Positions 34,029 through 41,311 of a stretch of 43,015 bases of DNA are shown here, piece after piece (position 1 is the first letter of the stretch; each line of letters opens with the position of its first letter). Below the pieces are notes generated by a model. That model saw nothing but the letters and a program-made list of their open reading frames with translations, was not told the origin of the DNA and made no database searches. Origin of the DNA: a virus; the IMG/VR virus record IMGVR_UViG_3300032167_000278; one strand, given 5' to 3'. The translations under genes and the position numbers were made by a program.

Positions 34029-34379
34029 ATGAAAAAGAATATTTTTCTTATCATTGGATTATTGATGGTTGTTGCAGGTGTCGCTATTGCGTACTTTGCA
34101 AAGTTTGAGCTTGCCGACATGACAGGTTTTGCGCTTACAATGTTTGGCGCAGGAATTGCCACTTCACAGCTTTGGCAGAAACGCAACAAGACGCAGAAAA
34201 CATGGCTTGCAGTTCTTGCGGTCAGCTTGGTGGGCGTTGGTGCGTACCTGCTTGGATTCGGCGGATTCAGCAAGGATACAATGACAACTGTAATTACTAT
34301 GGTTTTTGGACTTGTGGGAATTATTGCCGGACTTATTATTGCTGCCATTCAGTCAAAGAACGCAAAGCAGATTGAATGA
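34029..34379 (+). CDS. Multi-pass membrane protein (second holin/antiholin candidate)
   Basis: 116 aa with about four hydrophobic helices. Confidence 0.5.
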   Translation: MKKNIFLIIGLLMVVAGVAIAYFAKFELADMTGFALTMFGAGIATSQLWQKRNKTQKTWLAVLAVSLVGVGAYLLGFGGFSKDTMTTVITMVFGLVGIIAGLIIAAIQSKNAKQIE

Positions 34380-34393
34380 TTTTGTTTTTATGC

Positions 34394-34423
34394 AAAGCCG
34401 CTCCTTTTTAGGGGTGGCTTTTT
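34394..34423 (+). terminator. Intrinsic terminator after the lysis cluster
   Basis: gccgctcc-ttttta-ggggtggc (with G-U pairs) followed by ttttt. Confidence 0.55.
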
Positions 34424-34452
34424 GCGTTTAACAAGCATAAAAAAATATTTTT

Positions 34453-34468
34453 TCGGTATAGCGAGTTT
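34453..34468 (+). promoter_or_regulatory. Late-promoter-like motif copy 5 (TCGGTATAGCGAGTTT)
   Basis: 25 nt upstream of the ATG at 34494. Confidence 0.55.
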
Positions 34469-34493
34469 ATTTAAACACAAGGAAAATTAAACT

Positions 34494-35591
34494 ATGTTTG
34501 AACTGTTGATAGACAAGCAGATTGGTGAAGGATTTTTCACAAGTGGCATTACTCCAGATTATGTAAGAAGCGAGCTTGCAAAAGTTGGAGCTGGCGAGGA
34601 TGTACGCATTACAATCAATTCGCCAGGCGGCGATTTGTGGGATTGTATCGCCATCTATAATGTTATCCGCGACTTTGCAAGAAACCACAGCGACATTCAA
34701 ATTACAACCTACATACAGGGAATGGCGGCAAGCGCAGCAAGCGTTATTGCATTGGCCGCCCATTCCGTTTCTTCTAAGAATAAAATCATTGTTGAAGATA
34801 ACTCAATTTACATGATTCACAACGGCTGGAGCGTTGTAATTGGCGACAGAAACGATTTGCGTACCAGCGCAGACGCTATGGAGCGTACAGACGATTTGAT
34901 AGCGGCTGTTTACAGCGGCAGAACAGGAAAGAAAGTTTCTGAAATGAAAAATCTGATGGACGCTGAAAGCTGGTATTTTGGCAAAGAAATTGTTGAAGCC
35001 GGGTTTGCGGACGAAGTGATTGAAAACAAGAGCGAAGAAAAGCCGGAAGATTTTATTGCGGCAAAAAACAGCTTTATTGTAAAAGCGCAGGCTTATGTTT
35101 TGGAAACTCAAAACGCAATGAAAAAAAATGCGGATAAAATGCAGGGAGCAAACGCAAAGATTGCTGCCTGTTTGAAATTGGAAAGCGCGGGCGGCGCAAA
35201 TAGCAGGCCCGACAAAAATAATATGGGGGGCTGCAAAATGACAGCTGAAGAACTTAAAAAGAGCAATCCCGATGTTTATGCGGCGATTGTTGCAGAAGGC
35301 GAAGCTAAAGGCGCAAGCGATGAACGCGAACGCGCAAGCCGTCTTTTAGCTATGGGTGAAAAATGCGGTTGCACTGATTACGCCCTTGAATGTATCAAGA
35401 ATAACTCCAATCCTAGTGATTCGGCAGTTATTGACGCATTCATGGATAAAAAGGTTGCCGCACAGGTTGTTGCCGCACAAAAGGAAGATGAAAAAAACAT
35501 TCCAGAAGTTGTGCCGCCAAAAGACAACACACAGAGGGATAATGCCGCTGTAATGGCTGCATTTGAAAAAGAATTGGGAGGACAACTGTAA
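34494..35591 (+). CDS. Prohead serine protease (ClpP/S49-like) with C-terminal scaffold-like region
   Basis: INSPGGDLWDCIAIYN...GMAASAASVIAL is ClpP-like. 365 aa. Lies upstream of the decoration and capsid genes, like lambda C/Nu3. Confidence 0.75.
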   Translation: MFELLIDKQIGEGFFTSGITPDYVRSELAKVGAGEDVRITINSPGGDLWDCIAIYNVIRDFARNHSDIQITTYIQGMAASAASVIALAAHSVSSKNKIIVEDNSIYMIHNGWSVVIGDRNDLRTSADAMERTDDLIAAVYSGRTGKKVSEMKNLMDAESWYFGKEIVEAGFADEVIENKSEEKPEDFIAAKNSFIVKAQAYVLETQNAMKKNADKMQGANAKIAACLKLESAGGANSRPDKNNMGGCKMTAEELKKSNPDVYAAIVAEGEAKGASDERERASRLLAMGEKCGCTDYALECIKNNSNPSDSAVIDAFMDKKVAAQVVAAQKEDEKNIPEVVPPKDNTQRDNAAVMAAFEKELGGQL

Positions 35592-35995
35592 TGGGAAATA
35601 TCACAGGCAATAGCCAGATCATTAACCACGGGCCGGATGACTTGTTCATTGGCGACAATGAGTTTGCAAGTGAAGTTCTTTCTCTTGCGGCTGCTACTAC
35701 TGCAAAAGACGGTTATGTTCTTGTGCGCAACGGTACAAGCGGAAAACTTGAACTTGCAGCCGCTGTAAGCGGCCAGTGTTTCGTTCTTGCTACACGCGAC
35801 GACCTTGTAAACACAAACGCAAGCGGCGGTGCTGCAATGGACTTTTATGTTCGTGTTTGTATTGCTGGAAAAGTTAAGAAAAGCGGCGTAACTGTTGCTG
35901 GAACTGCTTTGACTGCTGCACAGGCAGACACTTTGAGAGCAAGCGGAATTCTTGCCCTTGATGTTACAAATATCGGAAAACAGGATAACCAGTAA
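35591..35995 (+). CDS. Head decoration protein (lambda gpD-like)
   Basis: 134 aa, between the protease and the gpE-like capsid gene. Overlapping TAATG start. Confidence 0.6.
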   Translation: MGNITGNSQIINHGPDDLFIGDNEFASEVLSLAAATTAKDGYVLVRNGTSGKLELAAAVSGQCFVLATRDDLVNTNASGGAAMDFYVRVCIAGKVKKSGVTVAGTALTAAQADTLRASGILALDVTNIGKQDNQ

Positions 35996-36024
35996 ACGGT
36001 TGTTCTTACCAACAGGAGAAAACA

Positions 36025-37110
36025 ATGGACTTTTTGAAAAGAGTTTTGAAAATGTTCACAGATGACGCGCGAATGCAGAAGCGCGGATTCTTTACAACCT
36101 TCTTCAAGACAACTGAAGAAGATTATACAAACGCAGAATTTGTCGAAATCGACATTGAACGCAGCGGAAACAAAGTTGCGCCAGTTCTGAAAGACCACAG
36201 AACAGGCGGCGTTATTGTTGATGACGACATTTTTACAGAAAAGCGGTTTAAACCGCCTTATTCTTGTTTGAAGCAGCCTATTCCGCTTATTGACCTTATG
36301 CAGCGTCAGCCGGGCGAAAGAGACGATGACGCAACTATTGGTTCATGGTTTGCCCGCCTTGTTGCAAAAATCAAGAAGGCACTTTCTAAATTCCATCGTA
36401 TGTTCAAAGAACAGATTGAATTACAGTGCGCACAGATTATGCAGACGGGTGTTGTTCAGCTTTCAGACGAAAACGGAAATATCGTTTATGACCTTGACTT
36501 CAAGATGAAGTCAAGTCACAAGCCTACAGTTTCTGTTGCCTGGAGTTCTTCAAGTGCTACCCCTCTTGCGGACTTGGAAGCACTTTGTGACGCTATCAAC
36601 GACGATGGAAAAAGCGACCCTGCTATTGCAATTTTTGGACGCAACGCCTGGAACAATGCGCTAAAAAACGCAAACTTCAAAGATGCTGTTAAAAAAGACG
36701 GCATGAATCTTGGTCAGCTTTCACCAGCTTTGAAAAATCGCGGTGGCCGTTACATGGGTTATGTTGACATTGGTTCTTATCGCCTTGAACTTTGGGTTTA
36801 TAACGACAGTTACGAATCTTTCAAGGGTTCAACTCTTACAAAGTTTATGAATGCAGACAAGGTTATTGTTACCGCTGCTGTTGAAGATTTGGACTTTAGA
36901 ATTGTATTCGGTGGAGTGCCAACAGCTGGCATGAAAGAACCATTTGCAGCTATTGTTCCGGCAGAAGTTACTTATGACGGTTTTGCACGCATTCACAACC
37001 GCGTCTGGTACGACGAAAACGGCGATACATACACAGGCGAAAGCAAGATGCGCGCTTTGGCTATTCCAGTTTCCATTGATAAATTCGGTTGTTTGACAAC
37101 CACACTTTAA
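36025..37110 (+). CDS. Major capsid protein (lambda gpE family)
   Basis: 361 aa. Position and size match gpE-type capsid proteins. Confidence 0.75.
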   Translation: MDFLKRVLKMFTDDARMQKRGFFTTFFKTTEEDYTNAEFVEIDIERSGNKVAPVLKDHRTGGVIVDDDIFTEKRFKPPYSCLKQPIPLIDLMQRQPGERDDDATIGSWFARLVAKIKKALSKFHRMFKEQIELQCAQIMQTGVVQLSDENGNIVYDLDFKMKSSHKPTVSVAWSSSSATPLADLEALCDAINDDGKSDPAIAIFGRNAWNNALKNANFKDAVKKDGMNLGQLSPALKNRGGRYMGYVDIGSYRLELWVYNDSYESFKGSTLTKFMNADKVIVTAAVEDLDFRIVFGGVPTAGMKEPFAAIVPAEVTYDGFARIHNRVWYDENGDTYTGESKMRALAIPVSIDKFGCLTTTL

Positions 37111-37120
37111 GAGGTAAAAC

Positions 37121-37441
37121 ATGGCAGCGACTAAAGTTTATGAAATTGCTGATGGCACAGCCATTACATCAAAAGGCGTAATTCTTGTTGAAGGACAGGA
37201 AGTTACAAAAGACGATTTTCTTTCTGAAGAAGTTTTTAACGAGCTTATAAAGGCTAAGAAAATCGTACAGGTTACAAGCACTGGCAAGAAACCTGCAAGC
37301 ACTGGCAAAACAGCTTCAAACCCTACTTCCTCTACAGGTGCTGTAGATGCTGATGCAGAGGACACAAACCCTAAATCTGATTCCAAAGACGATTCAGACA
37401 AAGGCAGCGACGCAGGCGATGACGCCGGAGACGCACAGTAA
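37121..37441 (+). CDS. Hypothetical protein with acidic low-complexity tail
   Basis: 106-aa ORF with RBS agaggt. Confidence 0.5.
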   Translation: MAATKVYEIADGTAITSKGVILVEGQEVTKDDFLSEEVFNELIKAKKIVQVTSTGKKPASTGKTASNPTSSTGAVDADAEDTNPKSDSKDDSDKGSDAGDDAGDAQ

Positions 37442-37443
37442 AA

Positions 37444-37830
37444 ATGGGTTTAAGAGAACTTGCGCAGAAGGATGCGGCCCACACGATTGAGGGCAAGCAA
37501 GCCGGAAACACTGTTTTTACCCTTAGCGACAAAGCCGGGCATTCGTGGGAGATAACCGGGTTTGTGGGAGACATTGGCTATTCTGTTGATACAGAGGGAA
37601 ACCGCGTTGCAGGGCGGACAGTGTGCGCAAGTTTTCTTGCAAGCCGTGTAAAAATAAACGGCAAAACTGTAACACCTGCGCCCGGCTGGAAACTTGTTTA
37701 CAGGAATCTTGACGGGGAAACGCAGGAAAGCAATGTTGTTTTTGCAGAGCCGGACAGAACGATTGGACTTGTTCGGGTTTATCTTAGCTTGGATATGAGC
37801 GGAACGGAACAGGCGGTAAATAATGATTGA
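37444..37830 (+). CDS. Putative head-tail connector/neck protein
   Basis: 128-aa ORF, position between capsid and sheath. Confidence 0.45.
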   Translation: MGLRELAQKDAAHTIEGKQAGNTVFTLSDKAGHSWEITGFVGDIGYSVDTEGNRVAGRTVCASFLASRVKINGKTVTPAPGWKLVYRNLDGETQESNVVFAEPDRTIGLVRVYLSLDMSGTEQAVNND

Positions 37831-38458
37831 ATGTGAGTGCAAAGAGCTTTTAAGTGAGCCGGATAATATCGAATATATCCGCGATCAGATTGGGGCGATT
37901 TTGAGCGTAGAACTTGCCAATCAGTTTGCGCTTGCACAGGAAGCAGCCGACCCTAACGCCCGTGACTACAACATTGCCGTTTATATTGAGAATGACGACC
38001 CCCTGCAATATGTTGACGGCGGGGCAAACCCTTTTCCGCTTGTAAACCTTTCTTTGGCAAGCACGGAAAAGGACAGCGGAAGCACAAGCATAAACAAGCA
38101 CAACATGAGCGCAACTTTTTTGCTTGATGTTTACGCTACAGGCAACACGGAAAGTGGAGAGAATGCGGCCATGCGGGCAAGCCTTAAAGCCTGGAAAGCG
38201 GCGCGGATTGTCCGCAATATTTTGTGTGCCGAAAACTACGCATATTTTAAGATGCGCGGAATTGTAAGCGGGCGCGACGTTGTGAAGTTTGAAGCCGGAA
38301 ACCCGGCAAACGCAAGCGCAGCTTTGAAAGTGAAAATTGTACGCATTACTTTGAATGTGGATTACATAGAGGGTGTGGCAATCAGCGAGGGTGAGGAACT
38401 TGAACTGTTTGACGCAAAAATAAGCGACAAAGACGGCAGGGTGCTTGTCGAATTCTAA
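37823..38458 (+). CDS. Putative neck / tail completion protein
   Basis: 211-aa ORF overlapping its neighbour, immediately upstream of the sheath. Confidence 0.45.
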   Translation: MIECECKELLSEPDNIEYIRDQIGAILSVELANQFALAQEAADPNARDYNIAVYIENDDPLQYVDGGANPFPLVNLSLASTEKDSGSTSINKHNMSATFLLDVYATGNTESGENAAMRASLKAWKAARIVRNILCAENYAYFKMRGIVSGRDVVKFEAGNPANASAALKVKIVRITLNVDYIEGVAISEGEELELFDAKISDKDGRVLVEF

Positions 38459-38477
38459 TATAAAAGGAGCAAAGAAA

Positions 38478-39959
38478 ATGGGTGTAAGTCCTAGCACGGT
38501 TTCAAGAATTACAGGTCTTGAAACGCATTACAAAAACTTTAACACCGGGAATGCCGCAATGCTGCCACAACAGCTTGCGATTGTTGGACAGGGAAACGAC
38601 GATGCCGTCTATTCTCTTGACAAGTACGAAATTGAAGGAAGCGCAGACGTTGTTGCACAGAAGTACGGCTACGGAAGCCCCCTTCACCTTGCGGCGTTAC
38701 AGCTTTTCCCAAAAGCCGGAGCAATGGCCACATTCCCTGTTTACATTTTGCCTGTTGCAAAAGGCGCGCAGTGGACTAAGGCACAGGGCGAAATCCTTAT
38801 TACTGGAGATGCTGCAACAAAAGCCGGAAGCGGTACTGTTAGCGTTGGCGGTGTAGACGCTGAATTCAGCGTTGCAAAAGGCGCAACAGCTTCTGAAACT
38901 ATGGCTGCCATTGTTGCTGCAATTAACGCCGTGCTTGAAATGCCAGCGGCTGCTGCTGTTACAGCAGCCGCTGGAGATGTGCCGGAGCATATCACTTTGA
39001 CCGCAAAATGGAGCGGCGTACTTGGAAACAGTATTACTATTGTTATGGATGCCGACTTGCCAGGCTTAACCGTGGCAATTACTGCATTTGCAGACGGAGC
39101 AGGAATACCAGACGTTACAGGTGCGCTTGAAAAAATCGGTCAGAAATGGGTTACATTCATTCTTTCAACTTTTGACTACAAGGCTGGAAGCGCACTTGAT
39201 ACATACCAGGTTTGGGGGGAAGGCCGCTGGAGCGTTTTGCAGAAAATGCCTTGTATTGTTGCGCACGGCTGTACAGACAACTACACAACACGCACTGCAA
39301 TCACGGACGAACGTAAAAACGACTATATCAACTTTTTGATTCCTAGTGTTGGTTCGCCGGAGTTGCCTTTTGTCGTTGCTGCAAAAGGTCTGCTTAATGA
39401 CATTATTACAACAGCGGATTCAAACCCGCCGCAGAACTACAAAGGGCAGCTTACAGGACTTAAAGCCGGAAGCGATGAAGCGCAGGAAACGCCACAGATT
39501 CGCAACCAGTCCATTCTTAAAGGCGCGTCAAACAACATTAAGAGCGGAAACGTTGCAGAACTGAACGACATTGTGACATTCTATCACCCGGATTCAGAAG
39601 GCAAATACCCTGGCCGACGCTACGTTGTGGATGCGGTTAAACTTATGAACATTGTTTATAACTGCCGCCTTATTACAGAAAGCGATGATGTTAAGGGCGC
39701 GCCACTTGTGCCGGATTCACAGGTTACGACAAACCCGAAGGCGATAAAGCCTAAGACTGTAAAAGGCTGGCTTGCAAACCTTGCGCATTCTCTAGCACTG
39801 AATGCGATTATCAGCGATGAAGATTTTACAAAAGAAAATCTTACAGTCGGAATCAACAGCGAAAATCCTAAACGCGTTGATTACGTGTTCCCGTGCAAAC
39901 TTTCCGGCAACGTGGAAGTTATCAGCGGCGATATTTATTTTGGCTTTTATTTAGGCTAA
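38478..39959 (+). CDS. Tail sheath protein
   Basis: 493 aa from ATG 38478 (RBS aaaaggag). Followed by a 125-aa tube, chaperone and tape measure, with a contractile-tail baseplate present. Confidence 0.65.
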   Translation: MGVSPSTVSRITGLETHYKNFNTGNAAMLPQQLAIVGQGNDDAVYSLDKYEIEGSADVVAQKYGYGSPLHLAALQLFPKAGAMATFPVYILPVAKGAQWTKAQGEILITGDAATKAGSGTVSVGGVDAEFSVAKGATASETMAAIVAAINAVLEMPAAAAVTAAAGDVPEHITLTAKWSGVLGNSITIVMDADLPGLTVAITAFADGAGIPDVTGALEKIGQKWVTFILSTFDYKAGSALDTYQVWGEGRWSVLQKMPCIVAHGCTDNYTTRTAITDERKNDYINFLIPSVGSPELPFVVAAKGLLNDIITTADSNPPQNYKGQLTGLKAGSDEAQETPQIRNQSILKGASNNIKSGNVAELNDIVTFYHPDSEGKYPGRRYVVDAVKLMNIVYNCRLITESDDVKGAPLVPDSQVTTNPKAIKPKTVKGWLANLAHSLALNAIISDEDFTKENLTVGINSENPKRVDYVFPCKLSGNVEVISGDIYFGFYLG

Positions 39960-39970
39960 GGAGTTGAAGG

Positions 39971-40348
39971 ATGGCAAAAGCAGGAAGTGCATTTGAAAGC
40001 ATAACTTTGAATGGAAGGAACTTCACTTGTGACAGCGAGAGTGAGCCGGAAGTCGACCTTACAACATATTCAAACGAAACCGCCGCAAATACAGACGGAA
40101 CTTTCCGCATCAAGAAAACGCGCAAAGTCCAGTCCATTAGCGGCGTAGAAATTGCCGTTGACCCCGGACTGGGGGATTTGAGTTTTATAAACGACTTGCA
40201 AAACAAACTTGAGCCTTTTTCTTTTATGGCTACAAGGGTGGATGGTGGCGTTTATTCTGGCGAAGTTACGCTTGTTGGTGATGTGAAGCACAAGGAAAAA
40301 GACGGAACAATGGAGCTTTCCATTGAGGGCAGAATTGAAATGCTGTAA
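39971..40348 (+). CDS. Tail tube protein
   Basis: 125 aa directly after the sheath. RBS aaggag. Confidence 0.6.
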   Translation: MAKAGSAFESITLNGRNFTCDSESEPEVDLTTYSNETAANTDGTFRIKKTRKVQSISGVEIAVDPGLGDLSFINDLQNKLEPFSFMATRVDGGVYSGEVTLVGDVKHKEKDGTMELSIEGRIEML

Positions 40349-40354
40349 CAAAAG

Positions 40355-40378
40355 CCGACTACTCACGTGAGTAGTCGG
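40355..40378 (+). terminator. CACGTG palindrome copy 6 (CCGACTACTCACGTGAGTAGTCGG) followed by agATTTTTATTTTT
   Basis: 24-bp perfect palindrome plus T-run, 7 nt after the tube stop. Confidence 0.7.
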
Positions 40379-40404
40379 AGATTTTTATTTTTGAGGATAG
40401 CAAA

Positions 40405-40836
40405 ATGGCAGAAGAAAAAGCAACGATGAGCGCAGAGCTTGCAGAACAAGAATTCAACGACTGGGCAGAAAAAATGGGACTGGAAGTTGAAGCGGACGAA
40501 AGCAGGAGCGAAATGAACGAAACACTGCTTTCCAGCGGAAAGAAACTTTTTATCCGTGCGCTTACAAAAGGAAGTGCCGTTATAAATGACAGCGGAAACC
40601 TTGTTTACACAGTTTCAAGATTCAGCCCGGAAGGTTACAAAGATACAGAGGTGGAAATCAACATTCCTTCACCTAGGGCCTTTGCAGCTGTAGGAAAAAA
40701 AGGAAGTGACGGAACACAGAAAGCCCTTTCCATTGCAAGCAGCATGACCGGGAAAGATACAGGCTGGTTCTTAAATCTTGGTTTGCCGGACTTCAAATTC
40801 TTTATGGGGATTGTCGGACTTTTTTTGATGGATTAA
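40405..40836 (+). CDS. Tail assembly chaperone (zero-frame product)
   Basis: 143 aa, acidic N-terminus, between the tube and the tape measure. Confidence 0.65.
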   Translation: MAEEKATMSAELAEQEFNDWAEKMGLEVEADESRSEMNETLLSSGKKLFIRALTKGSAVINDSGNLVYTVSRFSPEGYKDTEVEINIPSPRAFAAVGKKGSDGTQKALSIASSMTGKDTGWFLNLGLPDFKFFMGIVGLFLMD

Positions 40837-41048
40837 CCGTAACGGTTGCGGTTGAGGGCAGAGAAAAAAAAGTTAAGGCTGCCGTTGGCGTTCCTGTAAT
40901 GATTAGGGAAATATATCAGAATTACCACCTTCCAATGAAGCCGGATGAACTTTCATTGGAAGATTTGTTGTTTTGGTATGAACCGTTAATTCCTAGTTTG
41001 ATTCAGATGCAGAAGGAGTTGAAAAAGAATAAGAATCGAAACTCTTGA
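40405..41048 (+). CDS. Tail assembly chaperone, -1 frameshift extension product (slip at T7 run 40820-40826)
   Basis: Heptamer T TTT TTG at 40821-40827. The -1 frame stays open for 73 codons (DGLTVTVAVEGREKK...KELKKNKNRNS) to TGA 41046-41048. No ATG-initiated ORF explains this open frame. Confidence 0.6.
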
Positions 41049-41283
41049 TTCGGTTTTTGCTGTTTGTCGGTTCTTTCAATTCTAATAAGATGCCAACAAA
41101 GCCGATGAAAACACAGATTGCAGGGATAAACCAAAGTTTTTCAAATCCATGCCCAATAAGGAAGCAAAGAACTGTAAGCGCAAGAAAAAAGACGGTGAAT
41201 ATAATCCCTGCAATAAATACAGTTTTTTTGCGACCTTCCAAAAGAGATTTCTGCATGTTTTGCGGTAATTCGTTAAACTTCAT
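40993..41283 (-). CDS. Small two-TM membrane protein on the opposite strand (moron candidate)
   Basis: 96 aa. TM segments VFIAGIIFTVFFLALTVLCFLIG and LWFIPAICVFIGFVGILL. Fills the chaperone-TMP gap. Weak RBS. Confidence 0.45.
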   Translation of the reverse strand: MKFNELPQNMQKSLLEGRKKTVFIAGIIFTVFFLALTVLCFLIGHGFEKLWFIPAICVFIGFVGILLELKEPTNSKNRIKSFDSYSFSTPSASESN

Positions 41284-41311
41284 ACTTCGATAATAAGGCG
41301 GTTTTTGAAAT

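Noticed and set aside
15926-40378. The six palindromes as a CRISPR array or MITE copies
   Set aside because: The copies are kilobases apart rather than separated by regular 30-40-bp spacers. There are no flanking target duplications or a shared body beyond the palindrome itself.
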